A stretch of DNA of 51,393 nt from Octopus bimaculoides. Its lineage: Eukaryota. The notes under the pieces are model-generated. The model was not told the DNA's origin, made no database searches, and saw nothing but the letters and a program-made list of their open reading frames with translations. The translations under genes were made by a program, and so were the position numbers. Positions within the stretch are counted from its first letter, which is position 1. The number at the start of each line of letters is the position of its first letter. The stretch is taken from NCBI RefSeq assembly GCF_001194135.2, contig NC_068987.1, positions 16,781,160 to 16,832,552 on the forward strand, given 5' to 3'. Below are positions 36,286 to 49,866 of this stretch, piece after piece.

Positions 36286-36676
36286 GTGAAGGTGCAATAG
36301 CCCAGTGGTTAGGGCAGCGGACTCGCGGTCATAGGATCGCGGTTTCGATTCCCAGACCGGGCGTTGTGAGTGTTTATTGAGCGAAAGCACCAAAAGGTCC
36401 ACGAGGCTCCGGCAGGGGATGGTGGCGAATCCTGTTGTACTCTCTCACCAGAACGTTCTCTCACTTACTTCCTGTTTCTGTTGTACCTGTATTTCAAAGG
36501 GCCAGCCTTGTCACACTGTGTCACGCTGAATATCCCCGAGAACTACGTTAAGGGTACACGTGTCTGTGGAGTGCTCAGCCACATGCACGTTAATTTCACG
36601 AGCAGGCTGTTCCATTGATCGGATCAACTGGAACCCTCGACGTCGTAAGCGATGGAGTGCCAACAAACAAACAAAC
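36286..36676 (+). mobile_element. SINE family E, full length, with (AAAC)n tail
   Basis: Pol III A and B boxes. Matches the 18732 copy in reverse. Confidence 0.9.
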
Positions 36677-37029
36677 TAACGATACGGTATATAATATAGT
36701 ATAAGTTCCTAACTTCAAAATTGCAATAAAGATTGAACCTTCTATTTATAGATTGTAGATTTTATTTGTCATGTCGCTTGCAGACAGCTTTATAGTGAGG
36801 ATAATATAATATGAGTGATTATAATGACTTTATAGTGGATTTTGACTGCTATTTCTAAACATGTAAGGGCTTTTGCAAACCTCTCCGTTATAATTGTGAT
36901 TTGTTTGGCCCAAGGCTTTAGTAGATTATGTGTCACGCATTGCGACTGAACACAAGATTCATATGGTTGGGGAGCAAACGTCTTGTCACACCTCCAAACG
37001 TATGCGTAGCCTTATATATATGTGTGTGC

Positions 37030-37070
<41 letters not shown>

Positions 37071-37879
37071 CAGGTTTGAATTATCCAGGGTATACGCATG
37101 TTATTGGAGAGGTAGAAATTTTGTAGCTAATCGTAGCAGGTCAATGGTCTTATACAAAATTTCCCTCAGCGAACCGACATACCCGTTTGAACGTACCATG
37201 TTTTTGTAGCATAAACCACAATTTCTCAAACTGTGGAGTCGAGAGCACGTTCCATCTTACACTTGACCTAGGGACACATCCATACTTTGCGATATTTGTT
37301 CTGGCTTAAAACATATCCATATTAATTTTGTTTTAAACTCTTTTGGATTCGATAAAATATAAGAACAGAATATGGTGATTGCTTCGACGGAATTATTTGT
37401 TTGGAACTTTTTACCGTCTGTTTGTACTTAATTCGTCACCCGATTTAACTCCCATCATGTGATGTCTTTGGGTATCATTAGCGAGGTTGCCTCTTTTACA
37501 GCCATTGGACTTCAAACTGGGGAGCGGTTTGAAGATAACATTCCCTCATTTTACGACTAAACCCTTGGGTCTTGGATCCTTAGAAATAAAGGGTCAATGG
37601 TGCCGCCTATCTTTGTTAAAATAGTAAAATAAAATTGAAAACAAAATACACAAAATATATTTTAAAAAATTTAAATTGTTACTGACAGCAAAAAACCATA
37701 TTAATCGTCACGTGATTCGTTAGTGTGCCACACTTGAGCGAAGAAAATGCAAATAAGGCTTCAATTATTTTTTTTATAAATAGGGTACTGGAATAATTAA
37801 GAGATAGTTGAGATAATTCGCCAGGGATGAAGCAACAAAAAGATCAATGAATTGATCAATAGAGAGACTAACAATTCAA

Positions 37880-38350
37880 AATCAACAGCAACGACAACAA
37901 CAAAAACAATAATCGTAATCATCATCATCATCATCATCATCATTATCAGTGGCAGCAGCAGCAGCAGCAGCAATAACAACATCAATAGCGCCACAATATA
38001 ATAATAATAATTAAAAAAATCAATTAAGAAGGTAAAATAAACTGGAAGAATAGCAACAATTGAGGAAACGGAAGGAAGAACAACAAAAGCCTTCGGAAAC
38101 GACAACTACGGCAACATCATTAAAAGCAACATGACAATAACAACAACAACAATAATAATAGAAATGTTGATACGAAAAAAACAACAAAAACAAATAAGCA
38201 AAAACAAAAACAAATAGAAACACAGCAACAATGACAACAATGATGACAACNNNNNNNNNNNNNNNNNNNNNNNNNNNNNNNNNNNNNNNNNNNNNNNNNN
38301 NNNNNNNNNNNNNNNNNNNNNNNNNNNNNNNNNNNNNNNNNNNNNNNNNN

Positions 38351-38394
<44 letters not shown>
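37880..38394. repeat. Degenerate (CAA/CAT/CAG/AAT)n tract with a 100-N gap
   Basis: Direct reading. Confidence 0.85.
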
Positions 38395-38395
<1 letters not shown>

Positions 38396-38397
38396 GG

Positions 38398-39020
38398 GTA
38401 GGACAGTATATACGCTGGAAAATATGTTTACCACTACAAAATCACCACTCCTGCTTACTGGTATGAACGTCATCCTGAGGAAGTCGTTGACGGTGAAAAT
38501 ATCACTATCCTCAGGGATTCTCCAGTCAACACCGACAGAACTATCCAGGATAATCGGTCAGACATTGTCATTAAAGACTAAGAAGAAAATACTTGTAGAC
38601 TAATATATGTAAGTCTTCCCACCAATAAAATATATCTGTAAAAGAATTTGACAAATTAAGTATATATATCGACCTGGAAATTGAAATACAAAAGATATAG
38701 CATCTTAAAGCAAGAACTGTTCCTGTTATTGTGGGTGCCCTAGTTATGATAAAAAAGGGACGTCAGAAGAATCTCGATAATATCCCAGGAGAACCATGTC
38801 TCAAAGAAATTCAAAAGATTGTGCTGACAAGTACTGCTCACATCCTTAGAAAAACCCTATCAATTTAAATGTCTGCCGTGTATTGCACGAAGATATTTCG
38901 CTACTGCTCCTGCCATTTCCCCTCCCGAAGCTTTCAGTCCTGCTGTAACATCTCTTATCCTTCACTCGCCCTAGGACGCTGGGTGTGTCTCGGCAAGTGA
39001 TTGTAACACACATGCAGATA
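38398..39020 (+). mobile_element. 3' end of a second R4/Dong-type LINE lineage: RLE remnant 38398-38868 plus putative 3' UTR
   Basis: VGQYIRWKIC/HYKI..WYERHPEEVVDGENITILRD..DRTIQDNRSDIVIKD..TCRLI..DLEIEIQK..VPVIVGAL..KEIQKIVLTSTAHILRKTLSI*. Starts directly after (ATA)n. Confidence 0.85.
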
Positions 39021-39047
39021 AAAAGATTATTATCGGATGCAGATTAT

Positions 39048-39200
39048 TATCGGATGCTGCAGCTAGTGTGTAAACACGAAAGCAGCAAAAAATCACATTC
39101 TATTGTCAAGGAAGCTTGCAAGTTCTCAAGGGAATATGGCATTGACCCTGAAATAGTAGAAGAACCTGAAAGCATTGCCACAAAACAAGCAAAAGAAGAG
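39048..39200 (+). pseudogene. Probable R4/Dong ORF fragment from the region between RT and zinc knuckle
   Basis: MLQLVCKHESSKKSHSIVKEACKFSREYGI..ATKQAKE resembles, from recall, the post-RT segment of R4/Dong ORFs. Confidence 0.5.
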
Positions 39201-40984
39201 TTTGCTAGTTCGGATGTCTTAGAGATATAACTACTTCACTTCGTGTATCTCAGGCCTACCAAATGTGTCCATACTAACGTAAAGTTCGCTAGCACTGTTA
39301 ATTCCATTGGCATGCATGAATGTTTTATGTCACTATCTATTATAATGTTATATTGCTTAGCAGATGTTAAGTCGCTGTTGGTCATGTGGATGGTGGCGGA
39401 AGAATGATATTCAACAATGTTGATATCAGTAAATCTGTAATGAGGTGTTGTCGCTACGTTTCAGGTATTATTTCTTTGCCTGGAGTATGTAGCTTCCTGT
39501 TTCTGACATTTATATTATTTTAGATGCGTTTACTAATTCCTCTGGTTTTAGCCTACGTTTAATTAATTAATTTACATTGTAGAGTGAAATTGAATTTATC
39601 CTGTATTTGTATAGGGATGTAAAAGAAATCTGAAAGTAAATGCAGAGTAAAATCTATTGAATATACATATATTAAGAATAGAGAACTGTGGAAAAACTAT
39701 TATAAAAGTAAATGAAGTTCATCTGCTGGGCATTTGAAATATGTCATCAGAAAATTCTGGTTAATAACGAAACTACGTTCAATGTGATGTATACTCTGAC
39801 AAAAGATTTTCAATCTATTTGGAGTGTGAATATGTATGTTGAGAGGGTGTCCAAAGCTTCACTGTTCGGGGATTTTAAATTATCTCAAATGCTTTGATTT
39901 ATGACAACAAACAGATACTAGTTATACAGAAGTGTTTAAGATAGAATGCTTAAAGAACAAATCTTCATCATTTCAGACAGACAACGATAATAATCATGGT
40001 AACCGGTTTATGAATTTTGGTTTTCAGCAATATCTTCTAAGTATTGTTTTTGTAATCTTTGATATTTATTCTTAAAAACTGTAACAAACTTGTAGAAAAC
40101 GATCTTTCATGTGTTCCGAAAGAGTATTGATGTTGAATCATCATCTCAACGTCTTTTTTTGTTTGTTTGTTTTAGAAAACGAGCTCATGGAATAAAATAT
40201 TTCTAGACACATCAAGAACTAATCTATACTGTTTGCTCTTTTTGTTCAAGATGGCAGGATGTGATATGAAGAAGTTTTCTTGGAAATGTTTCACAAATTA
40301 AGACAAATTTTATACCTAAAAGATCAATCAGAGCACGAAGATAAATATTTTTCAAATGTTTATTAAATAACATAAACTTCCTTTAATTGATTAGACATTG
40401 AATATAAAACTCCCTCAGACAAAATAATCGGTTAATCCATTTATCTTTGCAGCAGGTTAATATTTGTTATATTCATCGATTTCTTTTTTATCTTTCTATC
40501 ATCTAGCTACGCTTTCGATCTAATTATAGGCTGTGATCCGCTAAAAAATGGGTGCATAATTCTTAGCAGACAAAGTTGCTTTCTCAGATGCAGAGATCAT
40601 CTGGTTTCATTGAGATTCGTTGGAATACATTCGTTTCTGGTTCCAGTTTATGGATATGAAACAAAAATTAATAATACCATCAGAGAAATCTGTGAAGTGT
40701 AGAGGTTCACTGAACTTTCAGGATTAACTGTTAAGTTTGGTTGTCGAGAACGGAGTAAATGTATGACGCAGCAGAAAAATGTAATTTGACAGAGCAGTGA
40801 TGTAATGTTATGCCCAATGGAAGTAAAAGAAGATGAGAATATGTTGCTTCTGTTGCTGCTACTAATTCTAGTGGATTTTTTTGCTGAACTTGTGAGTAAT
40901 ATGGGCGTAAACAAACCAATATCGGTATGTCAAACAATGAGAGACAAACCAAATAGACCTACACGCCGTTACACTTTGTGTACT

Positions 40985-40993
40985 TATCTGTCA

Positions 40994-41053
<60 letters not shown>

Positions 41054-41420
41054 GTCTGTCTGTCTGTCTGTCTGCCTGTCTGCCTGCCTGCCTGCCTGTC
41101 TGTCTGTCTGTCTGACTGTCTGTATGTATGTATGTCTGTCTGTCTGTCTGTCTGTCTGTATGTATGTCCGTCTGTCCGTCTGTTAATCTGTCTGTCAGTC
41201 TGTATATTTATCTAAATGCCTGTCTCCATTAATCTGTCAATTTATCTAGCCATTTATCTAGATGTAGTTGGTAACTCCAAGGAGTTTCCATCTACCAAAT
41301 TTATTTGCAGAGCATTGGTTGATCCGGGGCTATAATTGCAGACACTTGTTCAAAGTTCCGCCTACTTCTACGCGACCCAAAAACCACGTGATTGCAAAGA
41401 AAAAACTTCTTCACTCTGTA
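40985..41420 (-). mobile_element. Old SINE C/B 5' half (41265-41420) next to an expanded (TCTA/TCTG/TATG)n tract
   Basis: TTTCCATCTACCAAAT..GGTTGATCCGGGGCTATA..GACACTTGTTCAAAG..AACCACGTG matches the C head in reverse. Confidence 0.7.
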
Positions 41421-41782
41421 CGTATGTCTGATGCGTTCCCCGTCTATAAATTTTTGAACATGCGTTATACATTTGCATCGAGAGCCCGGTGTGAACTATT
41501 ATATAATTTTCAAAACGTGCGGAGGGATTAAATTAACTTTTTTCGCTAGGGTCTTCCAATTACAATTGGAAGAGCCTCCTAACTAATAGATTGATGCCTG
41601 CTTCATTGCCTTACGGTATTTTAGCACGATTTCAAAAGAATAATTATACAGCCCTTCTGCGTATGGTGCATGATACAGATAATGTGTTTCTTCGCTCTCT
41701 TGCAATAAAGTAATGAATGAACATACTGCTTCATTGATCTCAATGAAATGGTGTACTCAAACAGTAAAACTCTGAAAGGGGA

Positions 41783-42115
41783 ACGATTGAAAGATTTTCA
41801 TGATTATCAGAAAGAAATTAAATTGTTCCAAGATTCCTTTAATGTTATTTCCAGGAGAACCTCCTGGAAAGTATCAACTGGAAATAATTGATCTTCAGGT
41901 CAACGATGTGCTGATAACTAATGTTTAAAGAGAATGGGCTTTTGGAACTTTATGCATCTATGATTGAAGAATTTATGTTTAAAAATGTTTGCTGCTGATA
42001 TAATTTCAATTTTCGGTAATACATCTGTGAGGAAACAGTTTCATACATGAAATTAAAAGAATCCATGCTTTGATAAAAGCTTTACAGATGGGCATCTACA
42101 AATCTTTATCTCTTT
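41783..42115 (+). pseudogene. hAT transposase C-terminal (dimerisation) remnant, SPIN/Charlie-like
   Basis: RLKDFHDYQKEIK/LFQDSF..KYQLEIIDLQVNDVL..FKENGLLELY..FAADIISIFGNT/CEETVSYMKL../FTDGHL, matching F.STY.CE..FS.M..K..LTD.HL. Confidence 0.75.
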
Positions 42116-42225
42116 TGATATTAACTCGCCTGGTACCCCACCCGGGTTCGATGATATAAACTTTCTCTTTTAATGCAATTTAAATTAAAACCTTATGTTC
42201 TAATCATCAGTTTAATAATCTTTTC

Positions 42226-42412
42226 TACTATAGGTAAAAGACCTGTAATCTAGGGGAGGAGGATAGCCAATTACATCGACCCCAGTACTCGACTGGTACT
42301 TATTTTACCGACCCCGAAAGGATGAAAGGCAAAGTCGACATCGGCGGAATTTGAACTCAGAACGTATGGTCGGACGAAATGCTGCTAAGCATTTCGCCCG
42401 GGGTGTTAAAGA
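42226..42412 (-). mobile_element. SINE family A
   Basis: Well-conserved core CGACCCCGAAAGGATGAAAGGCAAAGTCGAC and B-box. Confidence 0.9.
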
Positions 42413-43147
42413 GACCTTAATTATCATAATGACAAAGCTATTCCAGTAGGCTTTTTCCCCCGCTTATTTTATAAATTAATTCAAAAGGCTACTGCATGGC
42501 CGCAGTCTAATGGCTGACATAGGTACAAGATAAATATTTCAACAGAAATACGGTAAACTAAAAGCTTGCACACCACCAAGTTTGTAAAAGTTCAGTCTCA
42601 CGCATCTCATTAAAATTTCTATCATATTTCTTTTCAGCAACAACGTGGAGTGTTTATTTTAGTTCGTAAATTGTCTCAGCAAATTCATCCCCTATCTTCC
42701 AATCGATAACAGAACGTGCACAATTTACGTGTTTTGGAGCTTATGGTTAGAATTGTATTAAGATGGTTTTGATTTATTTTGAGTATTCTAAATTAGCCAG
42801 AATCAGGTGCCTCCAAATTTGCATCGTCGTATCGGTCCTTTTATATGAAAAGTTGGGTACGTGGGGCTAAATGCAGAGACAAGAGATAGACGAAAAAAAT
42901 GATCGCAGTGAATGTGGGAGAGTAGTAGGTGTGAAGAGGCATATTCGAAAGAGAGTGGGGAGGGAGAGAGGTGGGGATTACTTTCAGTGGAAGTGTGAGC
43001 AACGGGTTACTTAAGGACAGGGGAGGATTAGTGGCAGGAGTGGTGGATGAAGGTTTAGCAGTGTAGAGTGCGTTAACCAATCAGTACCGAGTTTGAACTC
43101 TGATGCGATATATGTATGTGTGAGTATGTAACATATATGTACAGACA

Positions 43148-43203
<56 letters not shown>

Positions 43204-43542
43204 GGCGTGTGTTATTAGCAATGGGAACATTATTAGTTCAAGATATTAATAATTCGGCATATCATGCATAAAGCAGATTGAAAGCCAGGAAACTTCGGTA
43301 TTCGTCTCGACAAAACATCTCGTATTGACGTAAAAACATAGAAATATATCAGGAACAGGCAAGATGTGTCCAGAGTGATGGTGAGTTCACAATATATCAA
43401 TGTTAAGTATGGTTATAGAGAATGATATATGTGCGTGTGTGTGTGTGTGTGTCTATGTGTGTTTTATATTAAGGTTACTGTTTTAAACTAAGTTTAAGAC
43501 TAACAACTAAACGTTCATAGATATTGGTCTTAATATAGAGTG

Positions 43543-44010
43543 TCTTTTATCTTTTATTTGTTTCAATTATTATACTGCGGCCATGCTGGGGCACTGCTTT
43601 GAAGAACTTTTAGCCGAAGGAATCGACCGTACTACCAGTTTTTCGTTAAATCTGGTCCTCATTCTATTGGCCTCATTTGCCGAACCGCTAATTTAGGGCA
43701 CGTAAACACACTAATCGGTACTGAAGGACACACACAGACGCAAAGGCATACGCACACACACAAAGACATAAAGGCATACACACACACAGACATGTATATA
43801 TGTGTGCATATATGTGTGTGTGTATGTGTGTGCGTGTGTGTAAACAGATATAGATATACGACAGGCTTCTTTCAGTTTCCGTCTACCAAATGCACGCACA
43901 GGCTTTGGTCGACCCGAGGTTATAGTAGAAGACACTTGCCTAAGGTTCCACGTAGTAGGATTGAACCCAGAACTATGTGGTTGGGAAGCAAGCCTCTTAC
44001 CACACCGTCC
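43543..44010 (-). mobile_element. SINE family C/B, full length, with internal microsatellite
   Basis: Tail, internal (CA)/(TG) tract and head are all present. Confidence 0.88.
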
Positions 44011-44199
44011 TGATTCTGCCTATAGTAAGTTCGTGTGTCTGGGACTTAAAGTATAAAGCGACGGCTTGTTGAACCAGAGAAGAAATATGCCTTCTAGTAG
44101 TGAATTCTATCTAATGACGATGGTGATCACTCTCTCCATATAACATTAAAATTAAGCTTTGTTAAACCATTGAATAAGTCCTAGTCAACATGAATTTTA

Positions 44200-44296
44200 T
44201 TTTATACACACGCGCACATACACGTGTATATATATACTTATGTACACACATACAAACCCAAACACACACATACACACACATGTGTGTGTATGCATT

Positions 44297-44364
<68 letters not shown>

Positions 44365-44376
44365 TAAATGCATACA

Positions 44377-44434
<58 letters not shown>

Positions 44435-44480
44435 ATTAATCTTTCTATCTATCTATCAATCTATCTATATCTGTATATAT
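44200..44480. repeat. (CA)/(TA)n/(TCTA)n compound microsatellite
   Basis: Direct reading. Confidence 0.9.
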
Positions 44481-44739
44481 AATAATAATCATATTTATAA
44501 TTTACTAAGCCCTACAGATGGTAGTGTAAAGGGAATAAAAGAAGTTGCGAATGCATAGAGAATGTATAAGAAAATTTATATTAATATTAATACACATAAC
44601 CGGTTTCACATTTCTGTGATTTTCAAGAATGTAAGACTTGAGGGACGTGGTGTTGTCGAGAGAAAAATAGACATAGACCGAGAGCATGAGAAAGGGAAAG
44701 GAAAAGGAACAGCTACATGTTATTTGGAAAGAAGTTTAC

Positions 44740-45220
44740 TGAAATTTGAATAAGGAAAGAAACAAAGTAAGAAAAAAAAAGGAAAAAATATGTAAAATGC
44801 GTTAAAGCGAGAGAAACAAAGGGAAAAAAGAAAAGAAAATCCAAAGAAGAGCAGAAAAATAATCAATGGAAATATAAAGATGGATAAATAAATTTAAAAA
44901 AACTGAAAGAATCTGGGAACGACATATGTATTTGGCATAAAGAGCATAAAGGAAATAAACAAAGAACGAAAGAAGAATGAAAATGAGTAGAAATAAAGTT
45001 GGAAAGGAGCAAAACGAGAAAGAAATAGGAAAAATGATAGACAAGGAAAGAAGAGACAATAGATAAACAGAGTAAGGAAAACGATAGACAAAAATAAACA
45101 TGGGGGAGAAAAATGTCTGGCAAAGAAACAATAAGAGACGAGAAAGAGGGGGCAAACTGAAAGAGGAATGAGAAAAGAAAGGATAAGTGAAATGTGGGAA
45201 AGAAAGAGTGAAATATATAG
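44740..45220. repeat. A/G-rich low-complexity tract
   Basis: Strong purine strand bias. The F/S/L-rich minus-strand ORFs are artefacts. Confidence 0.8.
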
Positions 45221-45607
45221 CAAGTTTAATTCAATAAAGGATTTTATTTCTTCTGTTAGTTTATGTATGGTCTATATGCAGATAAGTTATCTCCTCTGAG
45301 TGTCCTTTTTCAATATCAGTCACCTCTTCTGGGAATTTTTGTTTACTAATTGCGTGAATAATCTCAATTAATCAGAGACACTACTGATCTTTTGCTGCTA
45401 TTTCTTTCGTTGATTATTTTCTGTGTCTCCATGTTTTTCTTAATGCTTCTATAATGCTGTAGAATTTTTACAAACATAAAAAAAAAAACCAACAAAAAAA
45501 GGGAATGGTTCATATATACGAAGAACATATTTGAAAGACTGGAAAAAATTGTGAAAAAATTGTAGTCGATTAGATTGACTTTTGTAGGTTATAGTATAAA
45601 TTTTATC

Positions 45608-45747
45608 TACAGTCCTATATTTAAGAGATAAGGAATTATGTACATTATTTACATTACTTAGATTCTTTACATTTGACGGATATTTGTCCTCATCTTGTTT
45701 GTTGTTAACACAATGTTTCGGCTGATATACCACCCAACCTTCCTCAT
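45608..45747 (-). mobile_element. Family G 3' fragment, truncated within the hammerhead motif (45707-45747)
   Basis: Minus strand: ATGAGGA-A-GGTTG-GGTGGTATAT-CAGCC-GAAAC-ATT-GTGTT..CAAATATCCGTCAAATG..CTCTTAAATATAGGACTGTA. Confidence 0.85.
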
Positions 45748-45808
45748 ATACAAAAGATATGCGGCCCATATGACATCATGACAATATTCAAGAGTAATAC
45801 AACTCTTC

Positions 45809-45950
45809 GCACCCAGTACGCAAATGGTACTTAATTTATCGAACCCGAAGGATGAAATGCAAAGTCGACCTCGGCAGAATTTGAACTCAGAACGTAAAGA
45901 CAGACGAAATACCGCTAAGTATTTCGTTCCGCGGGCTAATGTTTCTACCA
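45809..45950 (-). mobile_element. SINE family A, lacking its tail
   Basis: Core, B-box and head homology. Confidence 0.85.
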
Positions 45951-46209
45951 GGGAGGTACAATAAGTAGAAAATTATGGTATTAGTTCCTACGTACGTTTC
46001 ACCAATATGGTTGCTTGGACCTTTGAATTCGATTTCCAAGTCCATTGAGATGATTGGCCACTACATTGGAAGCATACTGGACGACGATAATCTATATGAA
46101 GCCCTAAAGTAAATAGTAGCATTCACACATCTATTTGTACACTCAAGATACACTATATGTGTGTGTGTGTCTGTGTGCATGTATGTATATACATATACAT
46201 ATATATTCG

Positions 46210-46403
46210 CCCTGATAGATCGCTAACCACTACACACATTTTTTGTCTCTCTTTGTTTCTTTCTGTATTCCTTTCTGTGGAAGAGCGTAGGCTCGAAACA
46301 TTAAATACTTTTTCAATTCCCGAGCGTTATACTAATACATCTGTTTGTTTTCTACACCACCTGTCTTCGTCTGTTATTTTTGTTGTGAATTTCCCCCCCC
46401 CCC
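46210..46403 (+). mobile_element. Family H monomer with hammerhead-like motif at 46271-46306
   Basis: CTTT-CTGTGGA-A-GAGC-GTAG-GCTC-GAAAC-ATT-AAAT. Downstream sequence matches 8600-8686. The 5' boundary is approximate. Confidence 0.8.
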
Positions 46404-47513
46404 NNNNNNNNNNNNNNNNNNNNNNNNNNNNNNNNNNNNNNNNNNNNNNNNNNNNNNNNNNNNNNNNNNNNNNNNNNNNNNNNNNNNNNNNNNNNNNNNN
46501 NNNNNNNNNNNNNNNNNNNNNNNNNNNNNNNNNNNNNNNNNNNNNNNNNNNNNNNNNNNNNNNNNNNNNNNNNNNNNNNNNNNNNNNNNNNNNNNNNNNN
46601 NNNNNNNNNNNNNNNNNNNNNNNNNNNNNNNNNNNNNNNNNNNNNNNNNNNNNNNNNNNNNNNNNNNNNNNNNNNNNNNNNNNNNNNNNNNNNNNNNNNN
46701 NNNNNNNNNNNNNNNNNNNNNNNNNNNNNNNNNNNNNNNNNNNNNNNNNNNNNNNNNNNNNNNNNNNNNNNNNNNNNNNNNNNNNNNNNNNNNNNNNNNN
46801 NNNNNNNNNNNNNNNNNNNNNNNNNNNNNNNNNNNNNNNNNNNNNNNNNNNNNNNNNNNNNNNNNNNNNNNNNNNNNNNNNNNNNNNNNNNNNNNNNNNN
46901 NNNNNNNNNNNNNNNNNNNNNNNNNNNNNNNNNNNNNATATATATATATATATATATATATAAGTATATTATAACTGATTCCATACTGTAGTTATAGAAA
47001 TGTGTAATTCTAGTGTTGCTTTAAGAGACTTCCTGAACTGTCCTTTCCCACACACTCTCTCCATATGTCATATTAGATCGCATTATAATATATCATATTA
47101 TATAAGTGCTTGTGTGCATATTCATACATTATGTGCTTTATGTAGACGTTAATACATTATAATTTATTGAAGGTGAAAAGACTTCACAAATTGTGTCGTG
47201 AAGATTTCTGAGTTTCAATAAATAACTTGACTCTAACAATGGTATTAATATACTATTTCCCCCACCTTGTTTTGCATCCATGTGCTTACATGTATGTACA
47301 TACATACACACATAGATACACACAGACACAAACACACACACAAATACACATGCATACACACACAAACACACACACAAATACATATGCATACACACTCACG
47401 CACGTACATTTCCTAATTTAAATTGACTAGCAGAAGTAAAATTACTGGTTCGGAAAAAGAGCATTCAGCAAGATACGTTAATAATGATGATGATGGTGAT
47501 GATGATGATGATA

Positions 47514-47627
47514 ATCCTTTCTACTAAAGGCACAAATTTGGGAAGAGCGGACTAGTCGATTCCATCGACCCGAGTACTCAGCTGGTACTTAATTTATCAA
47601 CCCCGAAAGGATGAAAGGCAAAGGTGA
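47514..47627 (-). mobile_element. SINE family A 3' half, with (GAT)n tail
   Basis: Tail and core homology. (GAT)n at about 47482-47513. Confidence 0.85.
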
Positions 47628-48008
47628 CTGTATAAATTCAAACACACACACACATGCATACGCAAACACAGACACAGACACATACACAGACAGACATACA
47701 TACACATACACACACACACGCATTTATGTACGTACAAAGAGGTTAAAACAGACGCCAAAGAGACTTGTATAAAAACGTATTTGGTAAAATTCGAGAAGAG
47801 TACCGAGAACATGCTGAGCGGGGTGGAAAATCCAAAGTTTCACACAGATTTGCCACTCACCACGGCAAGTTCACTATACTCGATATGGCGATTTTACTGT
47901 CTGTCCCTTTATGTCTATCTCTCTCTCTCTCTTTCTTCCTCTTTCTCTCTCTCTCATTCACATATACATATGCGTAAAGATAGATGTAAAGTCTAATTTT
48001 TTTTATTT

Positions 48009-48294
48009 ATGCGCCCTTTTAAAGCCTAGCCAGGCTCATGGGCCCGATTTATATGGCGTATGTGTTTCCCCCGCCCCTAGCTGGGAGGGACGCCAGTCCA
48101 TTGCAGCTTTACTCCAGAAATAGGAAGAAAGAGTGAAAGAAAGTTGAGGCAAAAGAGTACAACCCCTGCCGGAGCCGCGTGGAGCTTTTAGATGTTCTCG
48201 CTCAATAGACACCCAAAGCCCGGTCTGGGAATCGAAACCGCGATCTTCCGACCGTGAGTCCGCTGCCCTAACCACTGGGCCATTGTGCCTCCAC
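48009..48294 (-). mobile_element. Chimeric SINE: family E head and body with a family D-like tail
   Basis: The first ~185 nt match E. After TTCCTRTTTCTG it switches to GAGTAA..TGCAATGGACTGGCGTCC..GGGGAAACACATACGCCAT..GGCCCATGA, similar to the D tail. Confidence 0.85.
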
Positions 48295-49866
48295 TTAAAG
48301 TCTAAATAGTTTTATGCAAATAAAAGACAAAATTAAACAGTATTCTTCAGTTAGTTTTTAATTAAATAAGCCTGTTCCATGACCGCGACAGTTGTATTTT
48401 TTACCAAATTGTTATGTTTTAAAGCATTGCACTGTAANNNNNNNNNNNNNNNNNNNNNNNNNNNNNNNNNNNNNNNNNNNNNNNNNNNNNNNNNNNNNNN
48501 NNNNNNNNNNNNNNNNNNNNNNNNNNNNNNNNNNNNNNNNNNNNNNNNNNNNNNNNNNNNNNNNNNNNNNNNNNNNNNNNNNNNNNNNNNNNNNNNNNNN
48601 NNNNNNNNNNNNNNNNNNNNNNNNNNNNNNNNNNNNNNNNNNNNNNNNNNNNNNNNNNNNNNNNNNNNNNNNNNNNNNNNNNNNNNNNNNNNNNNNNNNN
48701 NNNNNNNNNNNNNNNNNNNNNNNNNNNNNNNNNNNNNNNNNNNNNNNNNNNNNNNNNNNNNNNNNNNNNNNNNNNNNNNNNNNNNNNNNNNNNNNNNNNN
48801 NNNNNNNNNNNNNNNNNNNNNNNNNNNNNNNNNNNNNNNNNNNNNNNNNNNNNNNNNNNNNNNNNNNNNNNNNNNNNNNNNNNNNNNNNNNNNNNNNNNN
48901 NNNNNNNNNNNNNNNNNNNNNNNNNNNNNNNNNNNNNNNNNNNNNNNNNNNNNNNNNNNNNNNNNNNNNNNNNNNNNNNNNNNNNNNNNNNNNNNNNNNN
49001 NNNNNNNNNNNNNNNNNNNNNNNNNNNNNNNNNNNNNNNNNNNNNNNNNNNNNNNNNNNNNNNNNNNNNNNNNNNNNNNNNNNNNNNNNNNNNNNNNNNN
49101 NNNNNNNNNNNNNNNNNNNNNNNNNNNNNNNNNNNNNNNNNNNNNNNNNNNNNNNNNNNNNNNNNNNNNNNNNNNNNNNNNNNNNNNNNNNNNNNNNNNN
49201 NNNNNNNNNNNNNNNNNNNNNNNNNNNNNNNNNNNNNNNNNNNNNNNNNNNNNNNNNNNNNNTATATATATATATATTTATATATATATAAATACAAACA
49301 CACACGTATGCACACGCACACACTCATATACATGTAGATATGTGTACACGCGTGTGTGTTAGCTACAAAATAACTGGCTAGCATTTTAAGCATTTATGTT
49401 TAAGTCTAAAGCAGAAATTAGAGTTTATCCTGCGAAAATCAAATGACATATGGATCGTGTCCCAGACGACGGTATTTCGTATTGCAACTAAAGAGATTTG
49501 GGATAGTCTAATCATTCAGATTAGCATTCATAAATGTTTAAAATGATAGCCTAATCATATACTGATCATATATAATTTCGAAGCTGTTCATCCCAACTGA
49601 AGAATGTTCGTTAACTATCATTGAAAATATTCCACAATGTAACACTTGTTTATGATTTAGAGCAGATCTCTTTTTTAAGAATAATAAAGAGATATAATAT
49701 AAAGGATCAGTGTTGTTGAATATATCTCATTTACAATAAGACTTTTATTACCTCTCCTAAGTCATAACAGTCAAATTTCTGTTTGATAATAGACTATTAT
49801 ATACTAAAGAGGCCACCTGCCTGCTAGTGGGCACGAGCCTACTGAATGATGTGTGATTCTCGTAAC

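Noticed and set aside
37490-37623. Pyrimidine tract + AG followed by a ~40-codon open frame (PLDFKLGSGLKITF...)
   Set aside because: No recognisable homology and no convincing donor site.
39990-40070. Minus-strand LEDIAEN, resembling a Buster/Charlie hAT motif
   Set aside because: Too short and not extendable by eye.
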